From: an uncultured bacterium
GTDB lineage: Bacteria; Oederibacteriota; CAKKQC01
DNA length: 34,356 nucleotides
Reading direction: 5' to 3'
NCBI GenBank assembly: GCA_964400385.1
Contig: CAYNUZ010000003.1
Coordinates: 1-34,356 of the forward strand
Shown: positions 8,496 through 14,506 of the stretch, in pieces
Position numbering within the stretch: the first letter of the stretch is position 1
Layout: each line of letters begins with the position of its first letter
Notes under the pieces: model-generated
Databases searched by the model: none
What the model saw: the letters and a program-made list of their open reading frames with translations, nothing else
Told to the model about the DNA's origin: nothing
Translations under genes and position numbers: made by a program

Positions 8496-8637
8496 TGTGC
8501 CGTCACTCCTGCTCCCGCCTCGATTCTAGCCCACCGGCCCCGTTCGTGCCTCCCCGGGGACCCCCGAGGGGTGCGTCCGCCCGGCCCACGCCCCCCTGCG
8601 CCACCGCAAATCGGGCGGCCAGGGCGGCCCCGGGACG

Positions 8638-9402
8638 TCATCCTCCCTCCGCGTATCCCCAGCGGCGCCGGACCCACCGCTCCAGTCGCCGGAAGGCGAG
8701 GTAATCCACGGTGGACCCGATCGCCACGATGACCAGCATGACCCCGAAGAGGGCCGCGACGTCCCCGGCCTTGCGGCCCTGCAGGAGCAGGAACCCCAGT
8801 CCGCGGTCCACGTCGAGAAGCTCCGCTGCCATGAGGCTCCGCCATGCGAAGTTCCAGCCCTGCTTGGTCCCGGCCAGCATCGCGGGAAAGGCGGCCGGAA
8901 AGATGACCCGCACGTAGACCGCGGCCCCCTGCGCCCCCAGGGTCCGTCCCGCCCGCAGGAAGATCGGCGGGACATTCTGGATCGCGGTCCAGGTCGTGGC
9001 GGCGATGGTCGGCAGCGCACCCATCACCACCACGAACAGGATGGCCGGTTCGCCGCGCTGGAACCAGAGGACGGCCAGGGGCAGCCAGCACACCGACGGG
9101 AGGGTCTGGAGGCCGAAGACGATTCCCCCCAGCGACTCGCTCAACCGGCGGGACCGCGCCACCAGGATGCCGAGCGCCACCCCGGCCACGACGGAAAGCC
9201 CGAACCCGGCCAGGAGCCGGGTAAAGCTGGCGGCCGCGCCCCATCCCAGCGAACCGTTCCGGACCCCGGCGGCGAGGTACGCGGCGACGGCAGCCGGACC
9301 CGGAAACATGGCGGGGGGCCAGAGCCCGGACCCTGCCAGCGCCCACCAGGCCACGAAGAGCGCGGCGGGAACGGCCGCCCGGTGGAGCCCGAGGCGGCTC
9401 AC
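8638..9402 (-). CDS. ABC importer permease, NitT/TauT (SsuC/TauC/ThiX-like) family
   Basis: Multi-TM protein with a binding-protein-dependent permease loop (AAELLDVDRGLGFLLLQG) and overall resemblance to SsuC/TauC. The GTG start overlaps the ATPase stop (GTGA). Confidence 0.9.
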   Translation of the reverse strand: MSRLGLHRAAVPAALFVAWWALAGSGLWPPAMFPGPAAVAAYLAAGVRNGSLGWGAAASFTRLLAGFGLSVVAGVALGILVARSRRLSESLGGIVFGLQTLPSVCWLPLAVLWFQRGEPAILFVVVMGALPTIAATTWTAIQNVPPIFLRAGRTLGAQGAAVYVRVIFPAAFPAMLAGTKQGWNFAWRSLMAAELLDVDRGLGFLLLQGRKAGDVAALFGVMLVIVAIGSTVDYLAFRRLERWVRRRWGYAEGG

Positions 9403-10196
9403 AGCGACTCCTCGGTGCGGGTGACGGGATCCACCCAGGAGGAGATGCCCGCGCGCAGCTCCTTGGCGATCCGGAGCACGGGCGCGTCATCCACGGACCG
9501 GGGACGCGGCAATTCCACCCGGATCTCCCGGGAAATCCGGCCGGGGCGCGCCGACAGCAGGACCACCCGGTCCCCCAGCGCCACCGCCTCCTTCAGGCCG
9601 TGCGTGACGAAGACGAAGGTGCACCAGGTCTGTTCCCAGAGTTCCTGCAGTTCCCCCTGCAGCCGCTCACGCGTGTGGGAGTCCAGCGATGAGAACGGTT
9701 CGTCCATGAGGAGGAACTTCGGCTCCATGGCCAGGCCGCGCGCGAGCGCGACCCGCTGCTTCATCCCGCCGGACAACTGGTGGATCAGGGACCGGCGGTT
9801 CTCCCGCAGGCCGACCAGACCGAGGTACTTGTCCACCCGGTGCTCCGCCTCGGCGGGCGCCAGGTCGAGCCGCTCGAGCCCGAACCGCACGTTGCCCTCG
9901 ACCGTCAGCCACGGGAAGAGGCCGAGATCCTGGAAGAGCATGACCCGTTCCGGGGACGGCCCGGTGACCGCGCGCCCCTCGGTCAGGATTTCGCCCCCGT
10001 CCGGACGGTCGAAACCGGCAATCATCGAAAGGATCGTGGATTTTCCGCACCCGGAGGGTCCGACGATCGTCAGGAACTCGCCCCGGCGGACGGAGAACGA
10101 GATGCCGTCCACGGCGTGCACCTCACCGTCCTCGCCGGCAAACCGCTTGGAGAGGCCCTTCACGTCCAGCACGACCGGTTCCTGGGGCGACGTCAT
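9399..10196 (-). CDS. ABC importer ATP-binding protein, NitT/TauT family
   Basis: Walker A GPSGCGKST, signature LSGGMKQRVALARGL, Walker B FLLMDEPFSSLD, H-loop VTHG. The canonical N-terminus MTSPQEPVVLDVKGLSKRF starts at ATG 10196. The 90 extra residues in the track ORF are low complexity and lie over the riboswitch. Confidence 0.93.
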   Translation of the reverse strand: MTSPQEPVVLDVKGLSKRFAGEDGEVHAVDGISFSVRRGEFLTIVGPSGCGKSTILSMIAGFDRPDGGEILTEGRAVTGPSPERVMLFQDLGLFPWLTVEGNVRFGLERLDLAPAEAEHRVDKYLGLVGLRENRRSLIHQLSGGMKQRVALARGLAMEPKFLLMDEPFSSLDSHTRERLQGELQELWEQTWCTFVFVTHGLKEAVALGDRVVLLSARPGRISREIRVELPRPRSVDDAPVLRIAKELRAGISSWVDPVTRTEESL

Positions 10197-10294
10197 CGCG
10201 GCAGGGTCGAAGCGCACGCGGGACACGGGCGGGATCGGACGGCGGACGGATGGAGGGGGCGGACACGGGGGGACGGCACGGCGGCACGGTTCAC
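10193..10294 (-). CDS. candidate 33-codon leader ORF, translationally coupled to the ABC ATPase
   Basis: GTG 10294 lies 6 nt after a strong SD (AAGGAGG, 10307-10301). The frame reads VNRAAVPSPRVRPLHPSAVRSRPCPACASTLPR, and its TGA shares ATGA with the ATPase ATG. The ATPase has no SD of its own. Confidence 0.4.
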   Translation of the reverse strand: MNRAAVPSPRVRPLHPSAVRSRPCPACASTLPR

Positions 10295-10300
10295 GGGATT
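10201..10300 (-). repeat. degenerate short-repeat tract (CCGTG x5, CCGTCC x3, CCCGTGTCC x2)
   Basis: Counted by hand on the minus strand. The 9-mer CCCGTGTCC occurs at 10269-10261 and 10229-10221, exactly 40 nt apart. Confidence 0.6.
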
Positions 10301-10311
10301 CCTCCTTCGGC

Positions 10312-10426
10312 CTATCGTTCGGGGCGCCTCGCGGCGCTCCCCTGGCGTTCCCACCTCGCCCCCGCGCAGGCCGGAGGCCGGTTGGAGAAGGGTCATCGGG
10401 CCAGTCCCTCGCCTTCCTCTTGATAG
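10312..10426 (-). promoter_or_regulatory. SAM-I (S-box) riboswitch aptamer
   Basis: Minus strand reads CUAUC AAGAG GAAGG C GAGGGA CUGGCCC GAUGA C CCUUC UCCAACC ... GGUGGGAACGCCAG GGGAGCGCC GCGA GGCGCCCC GAAC GAUAG. The invariant S-box blocks are present: AUCAAGAG, GAGGGACUGGCCCGAUGA, CAACC, GGUGnnAAnnCCAG and closing GAUAG. P1, P2 and P4 helices can be drawn by hand. Confidence 0.8.
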
Positions 10427-10468
10427 CGTCGCGTGCCGGGTTGGCTCTCCCGGTCGCCGACTTCAAGA

Positions 10469-10497
10469 ATTACAGCACCCGGGTTGGGGGCTGTCAA
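10469..10497 (-). promoter_or_regulatory. near-consensus sigma70 promoter: TTGACA - 17 nt - TGTAAT with extended -10 TGc
   Basis: Minus strand reads TTGACA (10497-10492), gcccccaacccgggtgc, TGTAAT (10474-10469). This stands out in ~70% GC DNA. The predicted TSS near 10462 gives a ~265-nt leader. Confidence 0.7.
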
Positions 10498-10520
10498 GAA
10501 CCGATGTATATAAGGAAGGC

Positions 10521-12368
10521 ATGTGGCGCCTGCTCTCGCTCCTTGCCTGCGCCGCGGCGGCCCGGGCCGGCCTCCTCCCGCCGCCCCGCGAACTTCGGAC
10601 GGGTGCGGGGGCGGCGCTCGACCTGCGGGCGGGCTGCCGCATCGTTGCAGCCAACGCGGCGGATCCGCGGCCGGCCCGCTACCTGGCCACGGAGCTGGCC
10701 GCCCGCGGCATCGCGGTCGGCGCCGCCGGACCAGGGGTCACGCTGGTGATCGAGGGGGGAACCGGCACCGGCATCGCCGCGCAGGGCTACCACCTCGCCG
10801 TCTCCCCGGCCGGGGCCACGCTCCGCGCGTCCTCCGCCGCAGGCGCGTTCTACGGCGGCGTGACGCTGCTCCAGTGGATGGATGCCGCCGGGGGGCCCGC
10901 GGCGGTTCCCGCCGTCGACATCGAGGACGCGCCCGACCTGGCGCTGCGCGGGCTCACCATCGACTTCCGGTACGCCGGCCTCTCCGAGGCCCGCATCCGG
11001 CGGGCCATTGATCGCGCCGCCTCGCTCAAGGCCAACCTGCTTGTCTGGTGGCTCCAGGACCGGTTCGCCTGGAAGAGCCATCCCGAGCTCGCAGGGCCGG
11101 GGGCCCTCTCGGCCACCACCTGGAAGGACCTGGTCGCCTACGCCGACGCCCGGTTCATCCAGATGGTCCCGTACGTGGACGCCTATGGCCACGGCGAGCG
11201 GTACCTCGAGTCACCGGGGTGGAAGGCGGTGTCCCGTGGCGAGCACGGGTACTGGGGGGAGGACGACCTCCAGTACTGCGCCTCCCACCCGCAGTCGTGG
11301 ACCCTCTTCGACGACCTGTCCCGCGAGGCGGCGGCGGTGTTCACGAACTCCCCCTGGCTGCATGTCGGCATGGACGAGGTGGGGGCGCAGGACGGCCACC
11401 TCTGCGCGGAGTGCCGGGCCGCGGTGAGGAGCATCGCGAAGGCCTCCGGGGAACCCGCCCCGTACCCCGCCGCCCGCAACCGGTTCGTGGCCCGCCGGCT
11501 CGCCGAGGCGGCCCGCCGGGCGGCGAAACTCGGCCGCCGGGTCATGTGCTGGGACGACTCCGCGACGGACGTGGGGACGCTGGCGTTCGGCCCGGGCGGG
11601 ATCGACGCCGTGCCCGACGGCGTCATGCCGCTGCTCTGGCACTACGACGCCGATCCGGGCCCGCTTCGCGCCGCCCTCGCGCGGCCCGCCGCCCGCCGGT
11701 TCCCGACCCTCGTGGCGACCTCGTCGAACGACCCGGACAACATCCTGCACGACCTGGCGGCGACCCGCGACTTCCCCCAGGTGGCCGGCGCGGTCGCCAC
11801 GATCTGGGAGGGGGATGTCCGCGGGTTCGAACGGCGGTGGCCGGGGTTCACGCTGGCGCTCGCGCTGGGCTGGAACCGGTCCACGACCGGCGCGGCGTGG
11901 GACCAGGCGGAAGCGGAAGGGCCGGCGGGCTGGACGCCGCTGGCCGATCCGGAGGGGTGGCTTCCCGACGGCGCGGATTCGCCCGCCGCGGTCCGGTGCC
12001 CCGCGGCCTCCCGGGCCGTCCGGTTTCCCTGCCCGTTTCCCGGGCTCACGGACTGGCGCTGCGTCTGGGACGCGGCCACGCGACTGGACCTCTCCGCCAT
12101 GATGTCCGCCCACCTGCGGGTCCGGGCCGCCGATCCCGACGCGGTCGGGTCGCTGGTCGTCTACTTCAAGTCCGGCCCGGGGTGGTACCGGATGCCGGAC
12201 CTGCATCCGGCCCGCGCGTGGGTCACGGCCGAATGGTCCCTCGGCTCCGCCCTGCCGGAAGGCAAACCGGCGGGGTGGAAGGCGGTGGATGGCGTGCGCG
12301 TGAGCCTGTTGCCGGCGGCGGGTCCCCGGCGGACGACGACGGTGGACCTGGAGTTCCCCGCGGACTGA
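10521..12368 (+). CDS. secreted glycoside hydrolase family 20-like (beta-N-acetylhexosaminidase-like) protein with C-terminal extension
   Basis: Signal peptide MWRLLSLLACAAAARA; GH20b-like N-domain (GYHLAVSPAGATLRASSAAGAFYGGVTLLQ); barrel start APDLALRGLTIDF; HVGMDEV Asp-Glu pair. The track ORF start at 9780 is rejected. Confidence 0.8.
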   Translation: MWRLLSLLACAAAARAGLLPPPRELRTGAGAALDLRAGCRIVAANAADPRPARYLATELAARGIAVGAAGPGVTLVIEGGTGTGIAAQGYHLAVSPAGATLRASSAAGAFYGGVTLLQWMDAAGGPAAVPAVDIEDAPDLALRGLTIDFRYAGLSEARIRRAIDRAASLKANLLVWWLQDRFAWKSHPELAGPGALSATTWKDLVAYADARFIQMVPYVDAYGHGERYLESPGWKAVSRGEHGYWGEDDLQYCASHPQSWTLFDDLSREAAAVFTNSPWLHVGMDEVGAQDGHLCAECRAAVRSIAKASGEPAPYPAARNRFVARRLAEAARRAAKLGRRVMCWDDSATDVGTLAFGPGGIDAVPDGVMPLLWHYDADPGPLRAALARPAARRFPTLVATSSNDPDNILHDLAATRDFPQVAGAVATIWEGDVRGFERRWPGFTLALALGWNRSTTGAAWDQAEAEGPAGWTPLADPEGWLPDGADSPAAVRCPAASRAVRFPCPFPGLTDWRCVWDAATRLDLSAMMSAHLRVRAADPDAVGSLVVYFKSGPGWYRMPDLHPARAWVTAEWSLGSALPEGKPAGWKAVDGVRVSLLPAAGPRRTTTVDLEFPAD

Positions 12369-13748
12369 TCAGTCGTGCAGCGGGGGCAGGACCCGCTTCT
12401 GGAGCGTGAGCATCTCGTCCACGCACGCCACGGCGGCACGGTACGAGTGGACGGTCGGCTCGAGCAGCATCGCCTGCAGCAGCTTCGCCTTCGACCGCTC
12501 CGCGTACGCCTCGACGAGCAGCTTGTGGATGCTGGCGTACGTGCGGCAGACCGCGGCGATCGCCTCCGGCAGCGGCTCCATCCGCCGGGGCGTCCAGCCC
12601 TTCCCGTCGGCGTCGGCCGGCACCTCGACCACCATGTCGTCCGGCAGGTTCGGGATCGCCCCGCCGTTGCGGCAGTTGAGGGCGAGGATCTCGTGCCGCA
12701 CCCCGCACGCCAGCGCCTCGATGAGCGGAACCGCATACTCGCCGGAGAACTTGAGCGGCCGGTTCCGGGACCGGTCGTCCGGGCTCCCCTTCCCGTCGGG
12801 CCGTTCGCGGGGCGCCGCCCGCCACGGCCGGTCGGTGGAGGTATACCCCAGCGAGTAGACGAACTCGGGCAGCCGGCCGCCCCCGGCCCACGGATGGCCG
12901 TCCGCGGGATCGTAGAAGAACTGGGCCTCGGACGCGTAGAACTCGTCGGCCCAGCGCAGGTACTCCCCGTGGTGGTTGGTCCCCGGTGAGGGCCAGAGCC
13001 CGAACCGGCGGAAGAGCACCCGCGACAGGACCAGCTCGTGGAAGTCCGCGAGCCAGTCCCCCTCGCGCTCCGCCGCGCGCAGCGCGGGGTACAGGTCCGC
13101 GCCCGTGGCCCGGTCCCGGACCTCCTGGAACCAGGTGAAGTGGTTCATGCCGCACGCGGCGAACGTCATGGAGCCGACGGGCCGGCCGAGGATGTGCGCG
13201 ATCTGGCGCATCCCCATGAAGACCCCGTGGCAGAGGCCGACCACCCGGATCGGGGACAGGCGGGACACCGCCTCCACCAGCTTGGTCTCGGGGTTGGTGT
13301 AGTTGATCAGCACCGCGCCGGGCGCCAGCCGCTCCATGGCCCGGCAGACCGCCAGCGTCGGGCCCATGTTCCGCAGCGCGTGGAAGAGGCCGCCCGGGCC
13401 GCCGTTCTCCCCGTACACCTGGCGGAAGCCGTAGGTGCGCGGCACATGGAAGTCCTGGTTCCAGTACCGGTACCGGTCGCGCTCGATGGCGGTCACCACC
13501 GCCGTGGCGCCGTCCACCGCCGCGTCCAGCCGGGTCGTTCCGGACACGACCGCGCCGGCCTTGAGCCGCCGGTTGACCCGGCGGGCATAGGCCAGCGTCT
13601 CGTCCAGCGCCTTGCGCGAGACGTCCATCAGCACGAGCTCGACGCCCCGGGCCCGCAGCGGGCGGCTGAGCAGGACGTCCCGGACGGTCGCCGGGCCGAA
13701 ACTCCGGCTCCCGGCCCCGACGAGCGCGATCTTCACCCGTGTCCCCAT
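12369..13748 (-). CDS. glycoside hydrolase family 4 (NAD+/Mn2+-dependent alpha-glucosidase/alpha-galactosidase-type)
   Basis: KIALVGAGS NAD-binding N-terminus, INYTNP and VVGLCHGV motifs, 459 aa. Confidence 0.92.
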   Translation of the reverse strand: MGTRVKIALVGAGSRSFGPATVRDVLLSRPLRARGVELVLMDVSRKALDETLAYARRVNRRLKAGAVVSGTTRLDAAVDGATAVVTAIERDRYRYWNQDFHVPRTYGFRQVYGENGGPGGLFHALRNMGPTLAVCRAMERLAPGAVLINYTNPETKLVEAVSRLSPIRVVGLCHGVFMGMRQIAHILGRPVGSMTFAACGMNHFTWFQEVRDRATGADLYPALRAAEREGDWLADFHELVLSRVLFRRFGLWPSPGTNHHGEYLRWADEFYASEAQFFYDPADGHPWAGGGRLPEFVYSLGYTSTDRPWRAAPRERPDGKGSPDDRSRNRPLKFSGEYAVPLIEALACGVRHEILALNCRNGGAIPNLPDDMVVEVPADADGKGWTPRRMEPLPEAIAAVCRTYASIHKLLVEAYAERSKAKLLQAMLLEPTVHSYRAAVACVDEMLTLQKRVLPPLHD

Positions 13749-13799
13749 CGCCCCACCACTCTACACCCGCCGGGAACTTGCGCCGTGGTTAGACGCTTG

Positions 13800-13829
13800 T
13801 ATAGTAATAGTTAGTCACCCGTGTAGTTA
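13800..13829. promoter_or_regulatory. AT-rich island with tandem (A)TAGT(A/T) repeats; candidate promoter/TetR operator
   Basis: The segment reads tATAGTA ATAGTT AGTC ... gTAGTTA. It contains TATAGT (13800-13805), a 5/6 match to the -10 consensus, 16 nt after TTGCGC (13778-13783), and TAGTTA repeated at 13808-13813 and 13824-13829. It lies in the 107-bp divergent region between the GH4 and TetR genes. Confidence 0.4.
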
Positions 13830-13855
13830 TCCCCGGGTCCGGGGAGGGAGTCGCC

Positions 13856-14506
13856 GTGCCAAGACCGTCGCACAACGCCGATGCCCGCCTGATCCAGGCC
13901 GCGCTCGACCTCATGCCCCGGCAGGGACTGGCCGCGCTCAAGGTCCGGCAGGTCGCCGCCAAGGCGGGGGTCAACCTGGGCATGTTCCACTATCATTTCA
14001 AGTCGAAGCGCGAATTCACCCGCCGGGTCCTCAAGGCGTTTTACGAAAGATTTTTCGAGCGCCTCACCACCGCCATCGCCGCCGCGGAAGGCGCCCCGCC
14101 GCGCGAGCGCCTGCGCAGCGCGATGCTGGCGATCATCCGGTTCGGGCGGGAGCATCGCGGCCACTTCCTCTCGATCCTCCGGGATCTCCTGGACGGCAAC
14201 CAGGAGGCCATGGCCTTCGTCCGGGAGAACTTTCCCCGGCACGTCTCCATCATGTTCCGCCTGCTCCGGGACGCGCAGCGGGCCGGCGTGGTCCGCCGCC
14301 TTCCCCTCCCCGTGCTCCTGCCTGTCCTGGCGGCCCCCCAGCTCGTCCCTGTCCTGGCGGTCGCCGCGGTGGAACGCTTCTTCGCCGGGAAGCTGCTCGG
14401 CTTCCCGGTCGCCGGACTGGCCCGGCTGCTCCTGACCGACCGGATGATCGGCGCCCGCCTGGACCTGTCGCTGGCCGCGGTGTCTCCGGGCGGCCGGCGC
14501 CCATGA
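13856..14506 (+). CDS. TetR/AcrR family transcriptional regulator
   Basis: HTH LKVRQVAAKAGVNLGMFHYHFKSKREF. GTG start with a GGAGGGAG SD 6 nt upstream. Confidence 0.93.
   Translation: MPRPSHNADARLIQAALDLMPRQGLAALKVRQVAAKAGVNLGMFHYHFKSKREFTRRVLKAFYERFFERLTTAIAAAEGAPPRERLRSAMLAIIRFGREHRGHFLSILRDLLDGNQEAMAFVRENFPRHVSIMFRLLRDAQRAGVVRRLPLPVLLPVLAAPQLVPVLAVAAVERFFAGKLLGFPVAGLARLLLTDRMIGARLDLSLAAVSPGGRRP

Noticed and set aside
8496-8637. G/C-run palindromes (TCCCCGGGGA 8551-8560, GGGGTCCCC and others) and a GCCGCC/GGUGGC stem in the permease/surface-protein gap, considered as a terminator or small riboswitch.
   Set aside because: There is no U tract, no match to any RNA family I can recall, and such palindromes are frequent at this composition. 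The gap is left unresolved: it may hold a weak internal promoter (TAGAAT 8528-8523).
10197-10462. Other riboswitch classes for this leader: TPP (because ThiXYZ-type transporters are NitT/TauT), guanidine-I/ykkC (which also regulates NitT/TauT transporters), cobalamin, and c-di-GMP-I/II (because of the downstream HD-GYP gene).
   Set aside because: The leader lacks CUGAGA and ACCUGAUCUGGAUAAUGCCAGCG-type TPP blocks, the ykkC ACGG-GGGA-AAAGCCCGGGAG block in the right order, the B12 box, and the GEMM ACGCAAAGC-CCGG signature. The SAM-I blocks match instead.
10197-10466. N-terminal 90 residues of the track ORF 9399..10466, and the 67-aa ORF 10193..10396.
   Set aside because: Both lie over the SAM-I aptamer. 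The ATG at 10396 is the conserved GAUGA of the kink-turn. The ATPase has a canonical N-terminus at ATG 10196. Only the SD-preceded GTG 10294 portion is retained, as a candidate leader ORF.
10418-10468. Outer stem TCTTGA (10468-10463) / TCAAGA (10423-10418) that would compete with P1 and J1/2 of the riboswitch.
   Set aside because: The 5' arm lies between the -10 box and the predicted TSS (~10462), so it is probably not transcribed. Only the inner hairpin (10461-10428) is kept.
10512-10519. AAGGAAGG upstream of the GH20-like ATG as a firm Shine-Dalgarno.
   Set aside because: It ends 1 nt before the ATG, which is too close for an SD. It also overlaps the TATAAG -10 candidate, which would make the mRNA leaderless. 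I could not decide between the two readings, so it is not listed as a feature.
9780-10520. N-terminal 247 residues of the track ORF 9780..12368 (GH20-like).
   Set aside because: This part is antisense to the ABC ATPase and runs over the riboswitch and promoter. A clean signal peptide begins at ATG 10521, preceded by AAGGAAGG/TATAAG.
13612-14502. Upstream extensions of operon-internal ORFs in the track (13612..15855, 17266..19383, 18789..20480, 21382..22398, 23156..24997, 24961..25290, 29296..31086, 30965..31876, 31123..33237).
   Set aside because: The extensions overlap the preceding gene in another frame and are low complexity. In each case an ATG or GTG at a stop/start overlap or a few nt after the upstream stop gives a native-looking N-terminus (signal peptide, TM helix or family-typical start).
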